The notes: generated from the letters alone by a model not told the origin. DNA of 32,000 nt from Candidatus Arthromitus sp. SFB-rat-Yit (GCF_000283555.1 NC_016012.1:1140001-1172000), one strand, 5' to 3'; counted from the first letter of the stretch, positions 10,706-18,863 are shown. Translations and numbers: made by a program.

Positions 10706-10807
10706 TCATATCACGAAAAATACAAACTTTATTTTTTATTTTAATAAACTAGTATTTTGAAAATTATTTTAGTAAAAGCTAATATAAAAAATCAAAGGAG
10801 TGTTTAT

Positions 10808-11476
10808 ATGTTTAAACATGAAAAACAACTATTATGTAATGTAGAAGTAGAAAGAGCAAACCCATATTATGCAGCACTTTTACAAGAGCAATTAGGTGGT
10901 GCAAATGGTGAATTAAAAGCAGCACTACAATATATGTCACAAAGTTTTAGAATAAAAGATCAAGAAATAAAAGATTTATTTTTAGATATAGCAGCAGAGG
11001 AATTAGGTCATTTGGAAATTATTTCCCAAACTATAATGTTGTTAAATGGACACGATGTAGATGCAACTTCAACACAGAGTGGTCAAATTCAATCTCATGT
11101 ATTATTTGGTTTAAATCCTGGTTTAGTTAATTCATCTGGCTATTCATGGACTGGAGATTATGTTTCAGTTACTGGTGACTTGTGTGCTGATTTATTATCA
11201 AATATAGCTTCAGAACAACGTGCTAAAGTAGTATATGAATATCTATATAGACAAATAGATGATAAAAAAGTTAAACAAACAATTGATTTCTTATTAAACC
11301 GTGAAGAAGCTCATAACGCTATGTTTAGAAAAGCATTTAACAAAATACAAGAAAGCGGATCAAATAAAGATTTTGGAACAACTCCTGATGCAAAAATGTA
11401 TCTTGATCTATCATCACCATCACCATCCAATAATAAATTTTCTAACATAGATGTAAATCACCCTTCATTTAATTAA
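10808..11476 (+). CDS. Manganese catalase / CotJC-like ferritin-fold protein
   Basis: MFKHEKQLLCNVEVERANPYYAALLQEQLGGANGELKAALQYMSQSF...DIAAEELGHLEIIS...NREEAHNAMFRKAF. True start likely ATG 10808, preceded by AAAGGAG. Confidence 0.88.
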   Translation: MFKHEKQLLCNVEVERANPYYAALLQEQLGGANGELKAALQYMSQSFRIKDQEIKDLFLDIAAEELGHLEIISQTIMLLNGHDVDATSTQSGQIQSHVLFGLNPGLVNSSGYSWTGDYVSVTGDLCADLLSNIASEQRAKVVYEYLYRQIDDKKVKQTIDFLLNREEAHNAMFRKAFNKIQESGSNKDFGTTPDAKMYLDLSSPSPSNNKFSNIDVNHPSFN

Positions 11477-11485
11477 TAAAAAAGA

Positions 11486-11513
11486 GCCTTAAAAATTAAT
11501 TTTTAGGGCTCAA
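11486..11513. terminator. Intrinsic terminator-like hairpin
   Basis: GAGCCTTAAAAATTAATTTTTAGGGCTC; T-run on the minus strand, A-run on plus. Confidence 0.6.
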
Positions 11514-11782
11514 CAAATATACTAGATTAAACATAAATTTAAAATTTTTATTTTATATATTAGTAAACTAACTTTTAAATATCGTAATCATCATCTATAT
11601 AAAAATTTAAAGCGTCCTTTTCACCTTTGGATAAAATGTCTATAGATTTAACACAATTATCAATCACATCGCTCTCAGATATTAAAATATCATGATCCCC
11701 TCTATAAAACATGAGTCCTTAAGTGTCCTATATGTCTTCCAAACAACAAGTAAATTAGATTTAGAATATTTTATAAGGTTAA

Positions 11783-12043
11783 CTATATAATATAGAGCTG
11801 TAGTCTTAGATTTTTTACTAGCTCGACTACCTTCCACTCTATACCTTCCTCAAGGATTGCCAACGTGGATTTAAATATATTAATATCCTTCAAAGGCTCG
11901 AAGATTGTACCACTGTTTAATAAATGCTCTACATCATAAAACCTAACAGACCCATCATTAAAATAAACATACAAACCATAAGATTCATTAGGTACTACTT
12001 GACATACTTTCGGATAAAAATATATAAAGTCTAAATCTTGCAT
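11783..12043 (-). CDS. DUF2442-like protein (C-terminus possibly altered)
   Basis: VVPNESYGLYVYFNDGSVRFYDVEHLLNSGTIFEPLKDINIFKSTL; paired with DUF4160. Confidence 0.65.
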   Translation of the reverse strand: MQDLDFIYFYPKVCQVVPNESYGLYVYFNDGSVRFYDVEHLLNSGTIFEPLKDINIFKSTLAILEEGIEWKVVELVKNLRLQLYII

Positions 12044-12056
12044 AGCTAAACACCTC

Positions 12057-12317
12057 CTAAATAAGTGGATTTATACAGTTAAGAGGTTTGTCTTGTCTAG
12101 ACAATTCCCAATTCTGCATAAGCTCATCTCTATGGATCTCGCACCAAGCAAGTACAAGTTTTAATTGCCTATTAGGTATGTATCCCTTATCTATTCTACT
12201 TTCCTGTATCAATACAGTAGCTTTATAATCTGCATAGGACACATGAAAATGGAGTTGATTATGCTCGTTCCAATTCATCGTTATTCGTATACCATAAAAC
12301 AAACTTATCTCATGCAT
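12057..12317 (-). CDS. DUF4160-like protein
   Basis: SLFYGIRITMNWNEHNQLHFHVSYADYKATVLI...LPNRQLKLVLAWCEIHRDELMQNWE type sequence characteristic of DUF4160. Confidence 0.85.
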   Translation of the reverse strand: MHEISLFYGIRITMNWNEHNQLHFHVSYADYKATVLIQESRIDKGYIPNRQLKLVLAWCEIHRDELMQNWELSRQDKPLNCINPLI

Positions 12318-12379
12318 TGAATCATCTCCTTTTTAGATCATTTTACCATATATGTTCATAATCAGAAAATGCTCACATG

Positions 12380-12709
12380 TCAAAATACAGCACATAACAT
12401 TCCGTTGTATATAGAGCTTGTATTAGCTTGTTGATATAATTCAAGATCCCATGGAAGTCCAAACCAAACAATAATGTTACCACCATCTTGCAGATTCAAA
12501 CCATAATCACTCGATGATGGATATGCGATAAGTAATTCAATCTCTCCCCTATTCCATCTATCAATAGTATCTGATGATAACTCTTCGACAAATGAAAAAG
12601 TGCTTTTAATCCTATCTACATCGTGATAATACTGATAAAAACATAAAATAGGACTATCTAAGGTACTCTAAACTATCTCTTCTAGCTTATTTAATTTATC
12701 ATACATAAC
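12380..12709 (-). pseudogene. Phage-type SNF2/DEAD helicase C-terminal remnant
   Basis: Reverse strand, not in ORF track: ILCFYQYYHDVDRIKSTFSFVEELSSDTIDRWNRGEIELLIAYPSSSDYGLNLQDGGNIIVWFGLPWDLELYQQAN. Confidence 0.8.
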
Positions 12710-12712
12710 CAT

Positions 12713-12884
12713 TTATATTTTTCGTAGCTTTTCACCCTTCCGCTTAAACTCTACAAAAAACATTCTCCCACTAGGTAAAAGGATCTCTTTCTGGTATACC
12801 AACAAATCCATTCAGTTTTATACACACCCCTCCATTAGATTCGATCTTAGTTTTAAAGTACTTCTCAATAGTTTTTTCTAGCAT
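12713..12884 (-). pseudogene. VRR-NUC domain protein remnant
   Basis: MLEKTIEKYFKTKIESNGGVCIKLNGFVGIPERD(frameshift)LLPSGRMFFVEFKRKGEKLRKI*. Confidence 0.8.
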
Positions 12885-12959
12885 AAAAACTTCCCTAAAT
12901 TTATTAATATAAACTGTATATCCTCCAAACCCTTATAATATATAGAATACCAAATACCG

Positions 12960-13210
12960 ATGCCCACATTTATGACTACAAACATTTTGAAAATGTTTTA
13001 ACTGTTAACATCGTTATGTTTAAATCCTCATGTACAATTCCTTCGAGTGGGTTGTGTTTGGTATGTCGATCCTGTTGTTGTTTTGCTAAGTCATTAGCCT
13101 ATTTATCTAATATCAATAATTCACCAGTTTTGTAATATTTCACTGCTTCTGCCCATATCTGATCTACTTCATACATGTTTAGCTCTTTCCACAAATCTCT
13201 CTAAAAACTC
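12960..13210 (-). pseudogene. Virulence-associated protein E (VapE/VirE-type phage helicase) C-terminal remnant
   Basis: RDLWKELNMYEVDQIWAEAVKYYKTGELLILDK*ANDLAKQQQDRHTKHNPLEGIV; WAEAVxYYKxGExL signature. Confidence 0.7.
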
Positions 13211-13374
13211 TAATAAGCTTATCCTACTTAATTTTAATTTCCCGAATTTCAATACTGATAATAATCTTAACCGTATTAATGTATATACATACCCCGTATT
13301 AGTTTAAGTAACTTTGACACCTCAAGTACAGCGTATAAAATATCATTCACTTACTATTTTCTTTTATATTTATA

Positions 13375-13630
13375 CAACACTACTACGGATACTTCTGATG
13401 TTGTGATAGTCAAAAAACAAAATGATATCAATTCAGCCAATATAGCTATAATCCGCGTTAATGGCGATGATGCTACATGTAAAAAAATAATAAAACACAA
13501 GGACTGTATAAACCTTGTGTCTCTAAATCCAAAATATGACCCTATTTACTATGATAGAAATGACATTGTAAACAAACCTATCCACATATTTACGCAACAA
13601 AAAGAAAGCTTTTTGATAAAGCTTTCTTAA
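13375..13630 (+). pseudogene. S24/LexA-type phage repressor, C-terminal half
   Basis: TSDVVIVKKQNDINSANIAIIRVNGDDATCKKIIKHKDCINLVSLNPKYDPIYYDRNDIVNKPIHI; no N-terminal HTH or catalytic Ser region preceding. Confidence 0.75.
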
Positions 13631-13962
13631 AATAATCTTAATAAATATCTAACTCTATGCCAAAATCATCCTCAGTCAATAATTCCTCTTTTTCCAATTA
13701 ATTCATATAATGCATCATTTCCTTAATAATCTTCCTCTATTAATTATTTCTCTAAAATTGTACTTCTTAAGAATTAATTACATTTGTAAATCTATCTGCC
13801 TTATCTTGATCTATATATCCAGCATATAAAATCCCTTGCTCAACATAATCATAATAATATTGAAATTTTGATCTGTAATAACCTCTTGTGTAGTTTGTGT
13901 TACATTAGTCATATGCTATAGATTTCACATTAGTAATTTTAAAAAATTATGTATTTAAACCG

Positions 13963-13997
13963 AAAAAGTGTATGAACCTAAATTCATATACTTTTTT
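13963..13997 (+). terminator. Hairpin with T-tract
   Basis: AAAAAGTGTATGAA-CCTAAA-TTCATATACTTTTTT, near-perfect 14-bp stem. Confidence 0.6.
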
Positions 13998-14112
13998 AAT
14001 ATCACTTCCCAATTCATTATTAAATGGATTTTTAAATATGAAATGTTGATTTGGTCAAATATTTATTGTACAATGTAAACTATAGTTGTATATTATTTAC
14101 ATTTCATGTATC

Positions 14113-14118
14113 TATAAT
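14113..14118 (+). promoter_or_regulatory. Candidate -10 box for small RNA
   Basis: Perfect TATAAT; expected start site ~14125, immediately before the closing stem. The -35 is weak (TTGTAT at 14086-14091, spacing 21). Confidence 0.45.
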
Positions 14119-14124
14119 GTACAC

Positions 14125-14224
14125 TACGAGCTAACTTGGGAAGGATTAAGGCTGGGTTCCTATTAGGAGTAGGTTTTATTTAAAACTTAGAATTCCTTTG
14201 CCCCTGGGGTTAGCTCATTTTTTT
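14125..14224 (+). ncRNA. Candidate structured small RNA overlapping the 3' end of the DUF3644/HEPN gene
   Basis: GAGCTAAC (14128-14135) pairs with GTTAGCTC (14209-14216); GGG/CCC (14138-14140/14201-14203), AAGGA/TCCTT (14141-14145/14194-14198), TTAAG/CTTAG (14146-14150/14186-14190), internal TCCT-ATT-AGGA hairpin (14158-14168); T7 at 14218-14224. Confidence 0.5.
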
Positions 14225-14935
14225 AATATTATCAGGATTTTTTTGTATTAATTCTACAATAAAATTTACACACTTCATTGAATACTTGTAAGATGGAGTA
14301 TTGTCAATATTATTCACATCACAAAAATCTTTATTTTCCTTAATTTTATACATTTTATCGATTAATCCAAATGTACGGTTATCAATTCTAAACTTGATTT
14401 CCAATTTTTCTAATTCATTATTTATTTCCTTAAATAAATTCTTTTTGCTATAAATATATGTACTATTGACACTCTTCATCATTCCGTCTTTGATATGTTT
14501 ATCAATTATACAATTGCATATATCAATCCCATGAAACTCATGCATTTTTACTGCAAAATTTACTATACAATGCTCTATCTTACTCATCAGACTTGAGTCA
14601 ATTTTATCATTAACATAATGTACAATTGAGTTTCGGTATCTAATTATTTGCTCCAAATACTTACGTAGCATATCATTTTTATTCGTGAATACTTTTTTCA
14701 CACATTCATTTAAACTAATAGTCCTGCCCTTATTTTGTTTATCCTTATAAAATATACCTTCAGGCCCATCTCTACTAATTAAATAGCTCTTTAGCATTAA
14801 TTCCCAAGCATTACATAATAAAATACATACTGCCTCAGTTTTATAAGCAGGTTTACTATAACAATAATACATATAATTAACTATTGTAAAAGCCTCTCTA
14901 GACTTTTCGATCAATTTTTCCTTCATATTACACAC
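14210..14935 (-). CDS. DUF3644-like HEPN-type protein
   Basis: LIEKSREAFTIVNYMYYCYSKPAYKTEAVCILLCNAWELMLKSYLI...NECVKKVF...LEQIIRYRNSIVHYV; R-x4-H HEPN motif; GGAGG RBS; extended -10 (TGTTATAAT) at 14957-14965. Confidence 0.85.
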   Translation of the reverse strand: MCNMKEKLIEKSREAFTIVNYMYYCYSKPAYKTEAVCILLCNAWELMLKSYLISRDGPEGIFYKDKQNKGRTISLNECVKKVFTNKNDMLRKYLEQIIRYRNSIVHYVNDKIDSSLMSKIEHCIVNFAVKMHEFHGIDICNCIIDKHIKDGMMKSVNSTYIYSKKNLFKEINNELEKLEIKFRIDNRTFGLIDKMYKIKENKDFCDVNNIDNTPSYKYSMKCVNFIVELIQKNPDNIKKMS

Positions 14936-15049
14936 CTCCTTTATATTTCACCAACAATTATAACAAGTTAATACTCAATAATAAACTAATCTTTACTTTT
15001 TTATCTACTTCCTTGTAAAGTTAAATCAAAAAAAGATGTGGAAGATAAA

Positions 15050-16113
15050 ATGTAAAAGCTAATTGACAATCTTTCTGAAACTAGAACTGCTATTGTGAAT
15101 ACTACAGAAGGAAGTAAGGATTTACTAGCTACTTTACTAGATTTAAAGGAAAAAGAAACAGAAAACCAAGTTACTTATTGTCACTTTCAATCGCTACGAA
15201 GCCAATATACAGCTGATATAAAAATTATCATTTATTGTAAATGAAGAGGTACATCTAATCTCTGTTGGTAAAAATAAAAAATGTCCTTTTTGTGATGGTA
15301 ATATGCAACCAGCAGAGAGAAAATCATACATTAAAGCATCAAGAGCTGAACTGAATCGCATAATTACTCAATTGCAGAGCTTATATGAAATTTAAGAAGA
15401 TGTATTTCACCATTAATCATTAAAATGAGGTTCGTGGAAAAATCGATCATCTTGAAAGACAAAGATCATGGATGGATAAATTAATCGAAACTTAACTTAC
15501 TCCTCAACCTAATAAACTAAGAATCAACTGCATTGCAAAACGTTTCACAAAAGTGGATTGCTGAATTATAAAAACAAGAAAGTTATGATTTGGATAACCC
15601 TAAGTCTAAACCAAAAGAACTCTTCCCTATCGATTTTAATACACGTATAGATGAAATATCATATTCAATTTTGGTTAACTAAAAATACGAGAATTTGAAT
15701 ACGGATCATTTCAACATGGAAACATTTGATTTAAAAATAAATAGCTATGCAAAAGAAGATATTTATGATAATGGTTACTGGGCTTTTATCAATACAGTTA
15801 TCTGATTAACTTTTAGACAATATTTACATAAAAATGCCCGCATAAGCCAGGAATTTTTGTAGTAGATACACCCTTTACTTGGTATGGATCAAGGTGTTTA
15901 TGATACTCCTACAAGTATGAGAACACCCTATTCCAGTACTTTATTGACAATCAATCCGAGGGACAAATGATAGTTGTAGAAAACACAAAGGAGCTTCCAG
16001 ATTTAGATTATGAGGCTAGAGATGCTAAGGTAATAGAATTTACACATGGCAAATATGTAAATAAGTACAAAGAAAGTCGCTATGGTTTTTTACACAATGT
16101 ATATAGCGATTAG
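15050..16113 (+). pseudogene. SMC/Rad50-like ATPase remnant (multiple frameshifts/stops, N-terminus absent)
   Basis: Pieces in shifting frames: LIDNLSETRTAIVNTTEGSKDLLATLLDLKEKETENQVTY; LSFIVNEEVHLISVGKNKKCPFCDGNMQPAERKSYIKASRAELNRIITQLQSLYE; SQEFLVVDTPFTLGMDQGVYDT; DKMIVVENTKELPDLDYEARDAKVIEFTHGKYVNKYKESRYGFLHNVYSD*. Confidence 0.8.
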
Positions 16114-16139
16114 GATAAAATCCAATAAAGCAGATATAA

Positions 16140-16342
16140 AAATGCTCAGAATTAGATGCAAAAAACTCTAGGAAATGCTAATTAATAAAAATATGAATAA
16201 ACAAGATTTAAAAATGCCACCGGTATAAATTCTACCTCTATTCTATAGCAAAGCTTGGAAGAGACGAGAATATTACTACGGATATTCTGCTTAAAATATG
16301 TGAAGCTCTTAATTATAAACTTCAAAATATAATAGAGACGAT
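16140..16342 (+). pseudogene. XRE-type helix-turn-helix regulator remnant
   Basis: LINKNMNKQDLK ... (frameshift) ... IAKLGRDENITTDILLKICEALNYKLQNIIETIKE*; characteristic Cro-like C-terminus. Confidence 0.85.
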
Positions 16343-16361
16343 AAAAGAATAATATAAGTGT

Positions 16362-16907
16362 ATGGAGGAATTTACAATGATTACTAATATTGAAGAACTA
16401 TTTCGAATAACTCAAGATAGGCTCGAAGGGCAACACGGAACTATAACAATTAATTTTGCAAATAGAAGCCATGTATATTCAGGAAATGATGTTATAGGTA
16501 ATTGCCTGCAGGAATGGTTACCTAATTGGTTTGAACATTTAGGTGTTGATATTAAACCAGGTGATAACACTCAGTCATTTCCAGATTTCGTAGCTAACTT
16601 TGAAAATGTTAGCTATGATATCGAGGTTAAGGCGTGGAATTATAATAATTCACCAGCTTTTGATATAGCAAACTTCTCAAGTTTTTTAGCTACAACTTAC
16701 GAAAGCCCAGGTAAATTAGATGCTTCCTATTTCATCTTAGGATATAGACCTATGAATGATGGTTTCTCACAAGGATTTGTCGTTGAAAAAGTATATCTTA
16801 AACACATATGGCAAATCACATCTCCTTCAACAAAATATACACTTGATCTGCAAGTAAAACGTAGCCGACCATATACTATACGTCCATTTAACTTCTCATG
16901 TAATTAA
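16362..16907 (+). CDS. NgoBV-like type II restriction endonuclease, probably C-terminally truncated
   Basis: VIGNCLQEWLPNWFEHLGVDIKPGDNTQSFPDFVANFENVSYDIEVKAWNYNNSPAFDIANFSSF...LDASYFILGYR...LKHIWQITSPS...LQVKR; RBS GGAGG upstream; coding similarity ends at 16907 where an opposite-strand gene fragment begins. Confidence 0.65.
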   Translation: MEEFTMITNIEELFRITQDRLEGQHGTITINFANRSHVYSGNDVIGNCLQEWLPNWFEHLGVDIKPGDNTQSFPDFVANFENVSYDIEVKAWNYNNSPAFDIANFSSFLATTYESPGKLDASYFILGYRPMNDGFSQGFVVEKVYLKHIWQITSPSTKYTLDLQVKRSRPYTIRPFNFSCN

Positions 16908-17175
16908 AGTAGATATTTTGATAACAAAATTTTAGCAATATCAAAAAGTGTTCTTCTTATATCTTGAAAACCTAGCCTTATACCCACTTGCAAAAAGACT
17001 TGACAAGTAAAGCCTGCTAATAAGAATTCAAAATTAGGCAAGTTAAATGATTTGACTTTTGTTATATCACATTCAGAGTTCTCACCAAATTTGAATTCAT
17101 AAGCTTTTACTGCCAAAGCTTTGATATCATTTGAAAAAACTCATTTGCCTTTTATCCCTAATTCCTTAAATAACT
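16904..17175 (-). pseudogene. C5-cytosine DNA methyltransferase, N-terminal fragment
   Basis: LGFEQLFKELGIKGK*VFSNDIKALAVKAYEFKFGENSECDITKVKSFNLPNFEFLLAGFTCQVFLQVGIRLGFQDIRRTLF; corresponds to LLAGFPCQ.FSQAGKRLGF.DTRGTLF of C5 methylases with the catalytic-loop PCQ changed to TCQ. Confidence 0.85.
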
Positions 17176-17471
17176 GTTCAAATCCTAAATAGCATTATTT
17201 TTTCAAGTATTAAAAATCCCGATTTCTAGATGATTAAACTAGCAAGCTATTCAATATTTTAAATAAAATTTACTAGCAATCCTGTCAACTGACCATTATT
17301 TTGCCAACCATCTTATCAAATCACTTAATCATCAACTATATTTTCCATTATCTTTTCAAATTCACTATTCTTGGATAACTTCCCTTAAAACCAAAATCCG
17401 TGATTATCCTTCCAGCTTAGAACCAAACCTCAAACCACGGAAAACCTTTATTTACTTATCTTATTATACTC

Positions 17472-18812
17472 TTACTTCTCAACCCTTGACATCAATACTA
17501 CCGTCTCGACATGATAAGTATTAGGAAACATGTCTACAGCTTGAATATTATTTACTTTATACCCATTATTTAAAAATTCCTTTAGGTCATCACGTAAAGT
17601 TTGAGGATTGCATGAAACGTATACTATATTTTCAACATCAAATTTACAAATATTTTTCACACCCTTTGCTCCAATTCCTGCTCTAGGTGGATCAACAACA
17701 ATAAATGAAATTTTATCTTTTATATCTTTAACAACCTGTGAAACATCTCCACATATAAACTCACAACATAAATTATTTAGTTTTGCATTCTCTTTTGCCA
17801 TTTTTACAGCATCTTCAACAATTTCTACCCCTATAACCTTATTATTTTTACTCAATACTTGTCCGATAGTACCAACTCCTGAATATAAATCAAGAATTGT
17901 TCCATTTGGATTACCTACTCTATTTTTTACCTCATTATATAAAACCTTAACACCTTCTGTGTTTGTTTGAAAAAATGAAAAAGTATTAATTTTAAACTTG
18001 AGTTCAAATATTTCTTCATACACAAAATCATTCCCGTATATAATTTCTATTTTGCTTGGATTTACAGCATCACTCAATGAATCAGATACAATATGCACAA
18101 TACCTCCGATAGATTTTTTAAGATTAAGACTTAATATTCTATCTTTAAATTCCCTAAAATCCATATCATTTTGACTCGATGTAACAATACTTAAAAGTAT
18201 CTCCTCTTTCCCTTCTCTTAAAACAAGATTTCTTAAATAACCCTTATGAGTTTTAAGCTTATAGGGTTCTGCCCCAATTTCCCTAAAATATTCAACTGTT
18301 GATCTCATTATTTTTCTGAAATCTTCACTTATTAATTTACAATTATAAGTTGGAACAACTCCAAATGGATTCCCTTTTTTATGAAGACCAAGCTCAAGTG
18401 GACCACCTCTAAACTCATCTCCAAAAGAAAATTCCATTTTATTTCTATACTCAAACTCCTTTGGAGATTTTAATATCCCCAAAAAGCTATCATAATTAAT
18501 TTCATTTAAAAGATCCCTCAAAGCTTCTTCTTTTAACTTTATTTGATCTTCATATGAAATATTTAAATATGTACATCCTCCGCATTCCCCAAATTTATCA
18601 CAAGATGGAGATATTTCTATATGGGATTTATTTAAAATCCCAACCCTCTTACAAATTTTTCTTCCACCTTTTGATTTTACAAATCTAACTTTTAATTTTT
18701 CATAAGGTATAGCTCCTTTAACAAAATATCTTTCTCCGTCAATCTCACCATAACCTTCTCCTTTGAAATCAAATCCAATTATATCTAATTCAAATATTTC
18801 TCCCTTTTTCAA
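17472..18812 (-). CDS. rlmD: 23S rRNA (uracil-5-)-methyltransferase, RlmD/RumA family
   Basis: TRAM-like N-terminus, CDKFGECGGCTYLNISYEDQIKLKEE, LDLYSGVGTIGQVL, VVDPPRAGIGAKGV, NIVYVSCNPQTLRDDL. Confidence 0.93.
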   Translation of the reverse strand: MKKGEIFELDIIGFDFKGEGYGEIDGERYFVKGAIPYEKLKVRFVKSKGGRKICKRVGILNKSHIEISPSCDKFGECGGCTYLNISYEDQIKLKEEALRDLLNEINYDSFLGILKSPKEFEYRNKMEFSFGDEFRGGPLELGLHKKGNPFGVVPTYNCKLISEDFRKIMRSTVEYFREIGAEPYKLKTHKGYLRNLVLREGKEEILLSIVTSSQNDMDFREFKDRILSLNLKKSIGGIVHIVSDSLSDAVNPSKIEIIYGNDFVYEEIFELKFKINTFSFFQTNTEGVKVLYNEVKNRVGNPNGTILDLYSGVGTIGQVLSKNNKVIGVEIVEDAVKMAKENAKLNNLCCEFICGDVSQVVKDIKDKISFIVVDPPRAGIGAKGVKNICKFDVENIVYVSCNPQTLRDDLKEFLNNGYKVNNIQAVDMFPNTYHVETVVLMSRVEK

Positions 18813-18829
18813 TCTCTTACCTCACAAAT

Positions 18830-18862
18830 AAAAAATGATATAGAAAAACTATATCATTTTTT
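18830..18862. terminator. Bidirectional hairpin
   Basis: AAAAAATGATATAG-AAAAA-CTATATCATTTTTT. Confidence 0.75.
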
Positions 18863-18863
18863 A

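Noticed and set aside
14125-14224. Calling the structured element a known abiF RNA, riboswitch or 6S RNA
   Set aside because: I cannot match it to a remembered covariance model; it is left as an unnamed candidate. A plain terminator is also possible but would not explain the long internal paired core and the upstream TATAAT.
16904-17116. ORF 70 aa (MAVKAYEFKFGENSECDITKV...) as an independent small protein
   Set aside because: It aligns by eye with the N-terminal part of C5 DNA methyltransferases and its upstream portion is broken; treated as a pseudogene fragment.
12900-17400. CRISPR array, retron or diversity-generating retroelement
   Set aside because: No regularly spaced direct repeats, no reverse transcriptase (YxDD) and no template/variable repeat pair seen by eye.
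17608-17970. Plus-strand ORF opposite rlmD
   Set aside because: Antisense shadow, no recognisable domain.
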